NCBI GenBank assembly: GCA_013239625.1
Contig: MU054117.1
Location: 5,111,514-5,175,513, forward strand
DNA: 64,000 bases
From: Lama guanicoe
Taxonomy: Eukaryota
Reading direction: 5' to 3'
Position 1 is the stretch's first letter. Each line of letters opens with the position of its first letter. Made by a program: the position numbers and the translations under genes. Shown in pieces: positions 26,301 through 37,482 of this stretch. The notes under the pieces were generated by a model. The model was given only the letters and a program-made list of their open reading frames with translations. It searched no databases and was not told where the DNA came from.

Positions 26301-27936
26301 CGTGTGACAACAGTGCTATTGAGAGCTAGGGACTGAGCTAATTAATTGCATTTATTATCTCATGCCATCAAGTCTTCTCAACAACCCTATGGCATAGGTA
26401 TTATTGGTTCTATTTTACATTGAGTGAATTGAGTGCAAGCTCACAGAATTAGTAAGGGGCAGGGGTAGGCTTTGAACCCAAGTCTGTCTGTTATGCTCAA
26501 CTCAGAACATAGTCCATTCAGGTGGACTAGTGAGGGATTTAGGTAAGCCAACTATATCTGAAATAAAATTCAGTTTTAGTAAATTTGGGTGATGGCAAAG
26601 TGATCAAACCTGGAACCAGTCAATGGGGAAGGAGATGAAAGATGAAAAAAGAGAACCCTCCATTTGCCCTACTTCCATGGATTATTAGGAGGGACTCAGC
26701 TGCAATTAGGAGTTCAGTAAAGAGGCATCAGACGAAGGTAGAATGCTTGCCTTCCCTCCCACCTGTACAAGGATAGACTCTCCCAGCACTGGCTCCCAGC
26801 TGGGGCCCTGGCCCCATGTGCAGAGCCTGGGGTGAAGTGTCCTGAGTTAAGCCGTCCATAGTGCAAGGCGCTGGCTCGTTTGGGTCCAATAATTCACACA
26901 CTGCCTCAGTTTAACCAGTCTCTCCCACAAGGCCACTTGTGACATTGACAAAGTGGGATGGTTGGTCCTTTGGTAAGTTCAGGATGAGTCAGGCATTGAG
27001 GTGGTTGACCAGATACAAGGTTGGCCATGTTGTGCTGGGGACTCTGAAGCCCAGCAGGTGTATGAGTGGTTGGAGGATGGGCAGGAGGGCGGCAGTCTAT
27101 CCTGCTCCCTCCCACCTGGTTCTTGTTTCTTCCTAGTCTGTGGTGTCCCCACTGAGCCCCTGATGGTAAAACAGAAGATATTTGGAGGATTCATTGCAAA
27201 CATCGAGAGTTTCCCCTGGCAAGTCTTCTTCTCGAGCCCGTGGGCAGGCGGAGCTCTCATTGATGAGTACTGGGTGCTGACAGCCGCCCACGTCTTGGAG
27301 GGAAATCGTGACCCCATAATGTATGTTGGGTCCTCCTCAGTGCTCACCTCAGTTCTGGTCAATGCCCAGATGCTCACTGCTGAGCGTGTGTTTATTCATC
27401 CGGGTTGGAAAGTCCTGGATGCCTCGGAAACACGGAAGAATTTTGACAATGACATTGCGCTGGTGCGGCTAAGAGAGCCAGTGAAAATGGGACCCACTGT
27501 CTCCCCTATCTGCCTGCCAGGCAGATCCTCAGAATACAACCCCTCAGAGGGAACCCTGGGACTGATCTCAGGCTGGGGCCGAACTGAAAGAAAAGATCGT
27601 GTTATTAAGCTAAGAGGGGCAAAGTTACCTGTTGCTCCCTTAGAAAAGTGCAGGGAGATGAAGGGGGTAAATCCCAGAATAGATGTAAATTCCTTTATTT
27701 TCACTGATAACATGATTTGTGCTGGAGGAGAGAAGGGTGTTGATAGTTGTAAAGGGGACAGTGGCGGGGCCTTTGCTCTACAGGTCCCTAATGAAACAAG
27801 CCCCAAATTCTACGTAGCTGGCCTGGTGTCCTGGGGCACCCAGTGTGGGACCTATGGAATCTACACGCGAGTGAAGAACTACATTGACTGGATAAAGCAG
27901 ACGATGCTGGAAAATAGTGCCCCCAGCGTGGACTAG
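20346..27936 (+). CDS. C1S: Complement C1s subcomponent (CUB1-EGF-CUB2-CCP1-CCP2-serine protease), spliced gene
   Basis: Coding exons 20346/20364-20368, 20595-20802, 20999-21176, 22277-22402, 22844-23043, 23235-23388, 23765-23880, 24279-24357, 24887-25015, 25700-25774, 27137-27936. All GT-AG with consistent phase. 2070 nt from ATG 20364 = 689 aa. Catalytic TAAH/DIAL/GDSGG intact. Confidence 0.97.
20595..20802 (+). CDS. C1S: C1S exon 3 (signal peptide, CUB1)
   Basis: [32 protein letters not shown]...CAYDSVQ; AG/GT ends. Confidence 0.95.
20999..21176 (+). CDS. C1S: C1S exon 4 (CUB1)
   Basis: [14 protein letters not shown]...[16 protein letters not shown]. Confidence 0.95.
22277..22402 (+). 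CDS. C1S: C1S exon 5 (Ca-binding EGF)
   Basis: [31 protein letters not shown]. Confidence 0.95.
22844..23043 (+). CDS. C1S: C1S exon 6 (CUB2)
   Basis: [29 protein letters not shown]. Confidence 0.95.
23235..23388 (+). CDS. C1S: C1S exon 7 (CUB2)
   Basis: [20 protein letters not shown]...[11 protein letters not shown]. Confidence 0.93.
23765..23880 (+). CDS. C1S: C1S exon 8 (CCP1)
   Basis: [38 protein letters not shown]. Confidence 0.93.
24279..24357 (+). CDS. C1S: C1S exon 9 (CCP1)
   Basis: [26 protein letters not shown]. Confidence 0.93.
24887..25015 (+). CDS. C1S: C1S exon 10 (CCP2)
   Basis: [37 protein letters not shown]. Confidence 0.93.
25700..25774 (+). CDS. C1S: C1S exon 11 (CCP2)
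   Basis: [24 protein letters not shown]. Confidence 0.93.
27137..27936 (+). CDS. C1S: C1S exon 12 (activation peptide and serine protease domain)
   Basis: CGVPTEP...IFGG...TAAHV...DNDIAL...DSCKGDSGG...stop. Confidence 0.97.
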
Positions 27937-28354
27937 CCATACAGGCATCACCAGCCTCTCCAAGGGCTGTGACCCCCCCTGTTGATTTCCATTCCTTACA
28001 ATAGTCCCATTACTTCATCATGACTGCGAGAAGGCACGGGGTATGATTTAAGTAGAACTTGATTGCTGAGATACCTGGTTGGAGGTTGAGTTTAATCATG
28101 TCACTGTGTTGGTCATTCACTGTGGTCAGAATCCATGGGGTCCTCTCCCCTGAACCCCTTCTGTGGTACAACCTGCGAAGGGCACGCCTGTCTTGCACTA
28201 TTCCACACGGAGTCCTCCCTTTCCTGATGATTGCCTAGCATTCCAGTTCTGACTTTGAAATTCACTGTTGGGCATCCCCTTGATTTCTTGTTTCCCCTTT
28301 ACCTGTTCAAAGTTCTGTTTACATCATCATTCTCAGCGTCTACTATCTACTTGT

Positions 28355-28360
28355 AATAAA
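28355..28360 (+). terminator. C1S: Probable C1S polyadenylation signal AATAAA
   Basis: First AATAAA I found after the stop codon, about 420 nt downstream. Confidence 0.7.
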
Positions 28361-31300
28361 GCATGATTATAACCCAGTTCTGGCCAACTCGTCTTACTCC
28401 ACATCAAGACTTCAGCACCACAGGCAAGCGGGTGTGTCATGGAAATTCAGGCCCCTCGCAGCTAACATCTGATTGTTGTGAAAACGGGGAATTCAGCTTC
28501 TCTCTTCCCTTCCAACTGAGATTTACTGAATATGGTGGGTTGACATGAACGTCATCAACACAGGGTACCATATTCTGCCATTGAAACTCATCTCATCAAA
28601 CATACATGAACTGCACTCAGAAGTCCACATACAACAGTCAGAACTGGCTGTTCAAAGATGTTTAAGCGTCAAAGTTCGAAGTATAAACCATATATCTCCT
28701 GAAAGTTAGTTTTCCTTCCATGTGCATTTGTATAATGCAATATTATGACTTAATTGAAAAAAAAAAGAAATTCAGCAAGCTCTCATCTGCTTTCCTGGTG
28801 GCATGTGTCAATATGTCAGTCAAGCGATAATGTCTTCTTTGGACTGAACTCTGCACTGAGATGTTACAGCTCATCCTGGTGAGTATAGACCTGAAGTCTC
28901 CCGTCTGTTTTTTCCCTAAGGGAACAGGAAAACAAATGAACAACTCCTCTCCACAAAATGATTCATGATGAAAAAGGACCGGACAACAGAAATTAGTACT
29001 TTTTCAACTGAGGACTGGAGAGTTATCTCAGGGTGGCCATTGACCTAACAGGGTGTCTTACGAAAGCCATGGCTTGAGATTAAGAGTTCAGGTGGACTCT
29101 GGTCTGTTTGATATGACAGGTGGCTTTCAGGAGAGCAGTTTTTATCAGAAGCCAAAAGGGGTGTATCTGTGACCATCAAGAAAGGACTTTGATCTTCCAC
29201 TGACCAAAAGGGCTAAATTCAACAGCTAACCTTAGACTAGAGGTTAACACATGAAATAACCAGAACTCTAATCAAAGGGTCTGAAGAGTCAAAGGGGCAT
29301 TACAATAGGAAACCTCTGGAAGGATTGTGTTAAGTCAACCAAGCAGCATAAAGCCATTCACATTACTCCTTAACTGCGTACCTGCCAACTACCTTCCCCC
29401 ACCTACCTGCTGTTACATGTGCGGTGGAAATGACAGTATACCTTGGACTACAGTGTTTTGGGCAGGAGAAGGGGAATTCCTCCAGAGAAAAAAAGAAAGG
29501 GAAAAAATACTAAGATTAAGAAACATTCTTGTGATGTAGACATTTTCCTTCTTTTAAATAATTGGAGTAATAATAATAAAAATTAACCCGGAACCTGACA
29601 AACAACAGAAAAAGGAAGTCTATCCCTGCCAGGGAGAGTCTCCAGTCTGTCTGGGTTCTGCCCTTGCAGACGGGCTGAGGCTTGCCTTTCTCTGCCTGGC
29701 TTATTTCCCTTAAAATAACACCCTCCAGATTCAGCCGTTGTTGCAAATGACAGACTTTTCTTCTTTTTTAAGGTTGAATATTATTATATATTGTGTGTAT
29801 ACACATACACACACACACACAGTATTTTCTCGACCCATTTATCTGCTGAGGGATGCCCAGTTTCTTTCCATACTTCGGCTATTGTGAATAATGCTACGAT
29901 GAGTACAAAGGTAGAAACATCTCTTTGAGATAATGGTTTCATTTCTTTTGAATAAACACCCAGAAGTGGATTGCTGGGTCATGTGGTAATCCTATTTTTA
30001 ATTTCTTGAGAAAATTGCGTCCTGTTTTAATAGTGACTGTATCAGTTTACATTCTCAAAAACAATGTGCAAGAGTTCCCCTTTCCCCAAATCCTTGCTAG
30101 CATTTGACATCTCTTTTCTTTCTTTCTTTTTTCCCCCTGAAGTATAGTCAGTTTCCTGTAATGGTTACAGCCTAGGCAATTATAGAACAATATCAAAGCC
30201 AGGAAACTTACATTGGTACAATGTGCTTGGATGGTTTTGTGTCATTCCCTCACTAGTGGAGATTCATGCATCCACCACTGTAATTAAGATACAGAACTGC
30301 TCCGTCTCCACAAAGATCTCCCTCATGCTACTCCTCTAGGGTCACATTCTTTACCTTTACATTTTCTCTTCCAAGTTAAAAAAGACACTTTTGAAACATC
30401 CAGGCTTTCTCAGTTGTTCTAAGAAGTCAAGGAAATTGGATTTTGAAATGAGCCCACCCTTCAGTCAGAGAACGGGACAAACTAGATAAAGGATGGGGGA
30501 CAATGAGACTGTGGCAATAGGAAACTTTTCCCAAAGGGAAAAGCATAAACTTAAAGAAAGTCCCCTAATAGCCTTGCTTCCTGGGGGTGCAGGTTCTGTT
30601 TGAAAAACCTCTTGTACTACAAGGGAATACAGATGACAAAGAATACCAACAATTGCTGGTGAGGTGTTAGTTCTAACTTTAACCACTGTATTATGTCTGA
30701 CCTCCAAATAGGCTGTTTGCAATCTCTGTCTCCCTTTATGTTTCGTGTGGAAGCAAATTATTTCTTTGTCTTCACTGCTTGGGAATGACTGTGAAATATT
30801 TTTGGCACAGTCAGCTCAGGTTGTTCTGGGTATCCATCTATTCATGGGTAAAATGAAAATGTTTCTTGATCTCTCTTGGACAGAAAGCAAGAAGAACCTA
30901 AGGTTTCTAATAGGAAAAAAGAGGATGGTTAGAATAAAAATTCACAGAAGCTGGAGACAAAAGCAAAAAAAGTGCCTGAGAAGACTGTGGAGAGAAAACT
31001 CAGGATAAAAGAAGATCCTGGGGGTCACTGGAGGCCAGTGTCCCAAAGAGGCCCCAAAGGAGAGAATCTGGTCTTTTCATGGAACCAAGCAGAGGTAATT
31101 AGAGTGGGGAGAGCTGAACCCAAGAGACTGGACAGAGATACCCTGATCGAGATTTTGGAAAGCAGTCTGCCTTTTGCCCTCCTCGTTCACCAAACTGTGC
31201 TTGTCTGCGTCACTGCTGACTTTGACATTGCTTCATCCCAGGATCGGTCCTCTGTCTTCATCTTGACCTACAAGTGACCTTTGCCAAGTCGATCAAAGTG

Positions 31301-31382
31301 CTCGCTCCTTTGCCTTGATGTATTTTTTTCCTTGGCTTCTGAAATTGTGTACTCTAGGTTTTCCTCCTACTTCAGTGGTCAC

Positions 31383-31743
31383 TGTTTTAGTCAACTCAGG
31401 CTGCCGTCAGGAAATACCACAGACGGAGGCTTCATCAATAGACACTGTGGACAGTGGGCAGCTGGGAAGTCCAAGGTCAAGGTGCCAGTGGGTTGAGTTC
31501 TTGGTGAAGTCCCTCTTCCTGGCCTGCAGACAGTGCCTCACCACGTGATCACATGGCTTTTCCTTGGAACATTTGCTTGGAGAACGATCTTCCTCTTCTT
31601 ACAAGGGCGCTAATCACATTATGAGGGTCTTACCCTGATGATCTAATCTAAATTCATTACTTCCCAAAGGCCCCTCCTCCGAATACCATCATTTTGCTTC
31701 AACATACGAATTTTGAGGGAACGCAGGCATTTATTCCGCAACA
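31383..31743. mobile_element. MLT1-type (MaLR) LTR
   Basis: Motifs GCTGGGAAGTCCAAGGTCAAGGTGCCAG and ACTTCCCAAAGGCCCC typical of MLT1; TG...CA ends. Confidence 0.6.
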
Positions 31744-31799
31744 GTCACTATTTCTGAGTCTCCTTTGCTGATTTTTCCTATTCTCTTGGACTTTTGTTT

Positions 31800-32590
31800 A
31801 TTTTATTTTAATATTTTTTTGATATCCTTTTTAAAATTGAAATTTAGTCAATTTACAATGTTGTGTTAGTCTCTGATGTACAGCATAGTGACTCAGTTAC
31901 ACATACGTATATATATATACTTTTTCATTATACTTTACTACAAGATGTTGAATATAGTTCCCTGTGCTGTACAATAGGACCTTTTTTTTCTTTTAACATT
32001 TTTTATTGATTCATAATCATTTTACAATGTTGTGTCAAATTTCAGTGTTCAGCACAATTTTTCAGTCATTCATGGACATATACAAACTCATTGTCACATT
32101 TTTTTCTCTGTGAGTTATCATAACATCAATAGGACCTTGTTTACCTGTTTTATGTATAGTAGCATTTGCAGATCCCAAACTCCCAATTTATCCCTCCCCA
32201 CCTCTTTTCCCCCTGGTAAACAAAGTTTGTTTTCTATGCCTGTGAGTTTATTTCTATTTTGTAAATACGATAATTTGTGCCATTTTTTAGATTCCACATA
32301 TAAGTGAGATCATATGGTATTTTTCTTTCTCTTTTTGGCTTACTTCACTTAGTATGATAAGCTCTGGGTCTATCCACGTTGCTGCAAGTGGCATTATTTC
32401 ATCCTTTTTTATGATCGAGTGGTATTCCATTATATATATATATACACACCACAACTTCTTTATTCAGTCATCTGTTGATGGACATTTAGGTTGCTTCCAT
32501 GTCTTGGCTATTATAAATAGTGCTGCTCCGAACACTGGGGTCCATGTGTCTTTTGGAATTAGACTTTCCTCGGAATATAAGCCCAGAAGT
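31800..32590 (-). mobile_element. LINE-1 3' end fragments (nested)
   Basis: Homologous to the 3' end of the L1 at 13213-13810 (TTAGATTCCACATATAAG...GATGGACATTTAGG). Confidence 0.75.
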
Positions 32591-34392
32591 ATCTCCCAGA
32601 TGTTTAATTCTGGCGTGTCTCAGGGTATAGTCTTTGGTCTTTTTCTCTCCTCTTTCCAACTTCACTCACTTGGTGGCCTCATTCAAGCTGTAGCTTTAAA
32701 CACCTACCCATATACCTACTGATGACTCCAAAATTTACATTGTCAGCTCGGACCACTTCCCTCAATTCCAAGTTTATACATCAAACAGCTTATTCAGCAT
32801 CTCTCCTTGGGTATGGAATAGACATATAGGCAACTTTTTGAACATCCAAGATACAGTTATAACCATTGTTTTAATGTTCCAGTCTGCTAATTCTTTCATC
32901 TATGTCAGTGTCAGCTTGGTTTTGGTGGATTTTTCTCCTCATTATGAATCGTATTTCCCTGCTTCTTTGTCTGTCTCATATTCTTTGATTGGTTGCCAGA
33001 CTGTGAATTTTATCTTGTTGGGTGCTGGGTATTTTTGTAATTCTATAAATATTCTTGAGCTTTGTTCTGGGATTCGATTAAGTTCCTTGGAAACAGTTTG
33101 ATCCTTTTGGGTCTTGCTTTTGAACATTTGTTAGCTGGGACCAGAGCAGCATTTAATCTGGGGCTCGTTGTTCCCTCCTCCTGAGGCAAGGCCTTCTGCA
33201 AAACCTACCAGATGCCCCAGGAATTTCTGAGGTTTTCTAGTCTGACTGGTGGGATCAGGCACTGTTCACAGACCTGGTGATTGCTGGGTGCCGTTCCCTC
33301 GAATCATCTCATATGGCTTTTTTCTCCATCTTTCAGTAATTTCCTCGCATGCCGGTGCATACTTGAAGGGATCTTCTGGAGGGTCTCTCTGTGTGGCTGC
33401 CTCCTCTGACACTTAGTTCTGTCCACTGAGCCCTACCTGGGTTTCTCCTTCCAGCCCCTCAGGTTGGAAACTCACGGCAGAAAGCTAGGACAATCACAGG
33501 AGTCAGTCTCTCAGGAATCATTATCTTTTGTACCTAAGGTCTAATGTCTTGAAAACTGTTATTTTGTGTATTTGATGTTTTTATTGCTGTTGCTGTTATT
33601 TGTTTGTTTCAGGAGGGAGGGTAAATCTGACCCCTGTTGCTCCATCTTGGCCCTAATCTAACAGACATCTATTAGAAACTCAGCATGTTCAAAACAGGAC
33701 ACATGTTTTTCATCAAGCCTCCTCCCCTTGTAATCTTCTGCATCTAGTTGACCTCTCTGTTTTTCTCAACCTTCTCTCTCCAATGTTTACTTTATCAGGA
33801 AATCTTTTGGCTCCTCCTTCAAATTTTATCTATATGACCATTTTGCATCACCTCCACTGCTGCCACCTGGCCTGAGCTATCCTCTCTTCTTACCTTCAGC
33901 ATAATTGCCTCCTACTGGTCCGCTTTCTGCACTTTTCAATTCAGCAGCCAGAGTGAGCCTTTCAAAATGTTAAGTTCCTAGTACTCTGCTTTGGTTGCCT
34001 TTGCAATTCCCTAATGGATCCAGTATGTTCTTGCCTTAGGGCCTTTGCACTGGCTGTTCCCTCTTCCTGGAATGCGTTCCCCTAGATCTCTGAATATCTA
34101 ACTTCCTTCGGTCTTTGCCAAATGTCAACTTTCTCAATGAGGCTACTTCCTTACAATTTTTTAAAAATTAAAAATATTTCACTAGAGCTCCATCTTCTTA
34201 TTTTTTGGAATAGATAAATCATCTACATGGCTCACAATCTGAAAGATCAAAAGAGAATAAAGTGATAACTTTTCTTCTCATTCCTTTCCTCCTCCAGAGA
34301 CCACTACCATTTCTTGTACAAATTTCCAGCAATATTTTATACATATTAAAGCACTATATAGACACTCTTTTTGTTTTCTAGAGACATCAAGT

Positions 34393-34528
34393 TTTATTTA
34401 TTTATTTATTTATTTTGGTGGGAAGTAATTTGATTTATTTACTTATTTTAATGCAGGTACTGGGAATTGAACCCAGGACCTTGTGCATACTAAGCATGTG
34501 TTCTACCACTGAGCTATACCCTTCCCTC
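34393..34528 (-). mobile_element. tRNA-derived SINE (Vic-1-like)
   Basis: GTACTGGGAATTGAACCCAGGACC...CTACCACTGAGCTATACCC. Confidence 0.8.
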
Positions 34529-36706
34529 CATCTTCTTTTTTATACGAAATGGTAGTATTTTATATACACTGCTGTTTCTTCCTGTTTTCATTTATCTGTC
34601 TTAGAGATTGAATGGCTACATTATATTCCATTATTTGGGTATTCCATAATTTTCTTGAAACTTTGGTACCAAATTTTTCAAAAGTCAAGATTCTATAATT
34701 GTTTGCTATTACAAGCAATGTTGAGATGACCAACCTTGAATGTATGTCATTGATCTCTTATGTGAGAATATCTTTGGGAAAAATTCACAGAAGTGGAGTT
34801 GCTAAGTCAAAGTCATGTGCATTCATAATTTTGACTCCATGTTACAACGTTGCCCTCAAAATTGTAACAATTTACATTCAAAAAAACAATGCATGAATGA
34901 CTGTTTTCTCTATGTCTTTACCAACATAATATATGATCTTTGCCAATCTTACAGGTAAAAATGTGGTGTCTTAATTTAAATATTTTCCTTATTATGAGAT
35001 AAGTTAAGCCCCAAAGTCCAAAAGCAGTTTGTCTTTTTTTCCCTCCTGCTAATTGTCTATTCACAGAGTATTGGTTTTGTCCTTATTTTTCTACTCTGGG
35101 CACTTAAAGTATTAGACGCACATGACTTTGGGGGAAGGGAGTGGGAACCGGGAAGGCCAGAGCTGTCGTTAGATACTTCTGGGATCACCTTTGATTGATT
35201 ACAGTAAGAACCAGGGACGGACTCAGAATCTTAAATTTGCCAGGAACCTTGGAAATAACATGGTAGTTGAATTTTTTAGTTTTAATTTTTGTTTTTACTG
35301 CTTCCATCTCCTCCACTCACTCCAGTCCCACCTCCACTGGAATCCTGAAGGTGCTTCACTTCCCAAAACATTTCTAACCATTAAGAAAGCTGGAATCAGT
35401 GTATGCTCCTCAAGTGTTTCCCACGCCACTGGTGTAGCATTTGTGTGGACTGAATGATAAAAAGGTTTCCCTTCATTTCTGCCTATACAAGTCCCTAGTC
35501 CTGAAATCCCCAATCTTGACATCTAAAATGCTCTTAAAAATGGAGAGCATTTTAATAAGCTTGGCACCAAAACTTACTTTGTGGCAAAACCTGACAGTGA
35601 GTGATGGGGAGCTATCTAGAGTCTTTATCTATCACACTTATTGTGAATATGCAAATACTTTTCAGAAGAATTAAATATTCATCTGCATTATTACAGGATG
35701 CTGCCTCAGTCCTGCTGGGGACATTACATTATGGGTAATATATTACATTTCTGAAATGTGTAGAATCTTGAATATTGAAAGGCACTTGGCCTTGAGGGCG
35801 TCTGCTAAGGGATTGTGGAGCTGTATTTGGACTTAAAAACTCATCATTGCTTGGGAATGTTTTAACTCTGTCCTGCTCTTCTTGCGTTCAGACCTGTGTG
35901 TCACTTGTGTAAAGTTGTTCAGACAAGTCCAGAAGAGTCAGTTGTGCACTAACATCATGATAATATTCTATCACAAATACTTACAGTACTTATCCCAAGT
36001 TCTGGGTTCTTCTCTGACCTTTAAATATATCTTAAAGACTACAAAAAAAAATTGTGAGTGATTCAACTTGGAAACAAAAATTTCATACCACTATTCTTTT
36101 AAGAAAAATTTAGAGATTGGACGGTGGGCTGTTAAAAAAGCCATTATCAAATTTTTTTTTTAAGGAGGAAAAAAAGCTGTTATATTTGCAACTATGTATG
36201 TGGGAAAATCAGGATTTCCTTCATATTGTATAATCAAAACAAAATACAGAAATAAATTGTTATCTGTGACTCTGTAAATGTGTGCATAAACTTAATTGTT
36301 CTCTTGCCTTCCTGAGCAAATATTTTAAATATGCTCTTATTAAATATTTTTATATTTATTGAATACTGCTTTTAACTTATTTCCCCCACTGGACTTTCTT
36401 GTAATGTTTTCTTTGAAAAGAGTTCTACTCAATAATCTGATGGTATAAAAACGGAAGAGGACAGTGACCAGAGATTGAGGAATATACCTTCTGCAATTCT
36501 TCCCCATTGAGGGGTAAGTAGAAAGGTGACCTTTGGGTTGTTTCAGGTGAAGGATGTGGGTGGGGTTATAGAGAACAGAACTGATTACACACAGTGTTTT
36601 TCTGCGTCAGTGATTTTAATATGGATTCTTAGTGGTTATCAATAATTGCTCAGATAATTTTTTTTAACACACTGCTCTCTGGGTTCTGACCTAGTGACCT
36701 CTGGGC

Positions 36707-37482
36707 TCAGCCCTCCTCCTCCTGCATCTCTTTCTTGATCCAGTCCACGTAGTTGAGGAGTTTGGTGTAGAAGCCGTACCCCTGGCCACACTCGATGCCC
36801 CAGGAGACGATGCCCGTGGCCACCCAGCGGTCATTTTTCTTATCTCTTATGACAAAGACCCCTCCGCTGTCCCCCTGGCAGGAATCCTGCTTTCGAGTCG
36901 TGTCCCCGGCACAGAACATGTTTTCAGAAAACACGTCTTTCCTGTCCTTTCTCCGGAGCCAGCTCTCACACAGCTCTCGCCTAGCTACGGGCAGACGGAC
37001 GAACCGGAGGTCGTGCGAAATCTTCTGCTCCTCCGTGATCCCAAAGCCGCTGACGTAGCCCACGAGGCCCGTTTCATAGAAGGTCTCGTTGTCGGGGAGG
37101 CAGATGGGGAGGAGGTTGGGGCCCAGGGTGACACTGTTTTCCAGCTCCAGGAGGGCGATGTCCCCCTCGAAGTTGTTGGAGTCCTCCTGGCGGTATTCCG
37201 GGTGGATGATGACCCTGCGGACCGGGTGGTTGGCCAGCTTCATGATCTCCTCCACGTTGATGTGGCCCAGGAACACGTCCACGGTGGCGTTGGTGTGCGC
37301 GTCGACCTCCTTGGGGCGGAGCGTGTGCGCGGCCGTGAGGATCCAGCGGTCGCCCAGCAGCGCGCCGCCCCCGCGCCCGTGGACGTTGGTGAAGGCCTGC
37401 CAGGGGAAGTTGCCCATCTTGGCCTTCTGGCCGCCGATGATGCGCTGCTTCTGCTCCACGGGGTTGACGGGTTTCCCGCACA
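36707..37482 (-). CDS. C1R: C1R exon 11 (serine protease domain)
   Basis: CGKPVNPVEQKQRIIGGQKAKMGNFPWQ...TAAH...GDIAL...QDSCQGDSGG. Confidence 0.97.

Noticed and set aside
27001..27136. N-terminal part of the 311-aa ORF as a stand-alone protease gene
   Set aside because: Intronic read-through upstream of the C1S exon 12 acceptor at 27137
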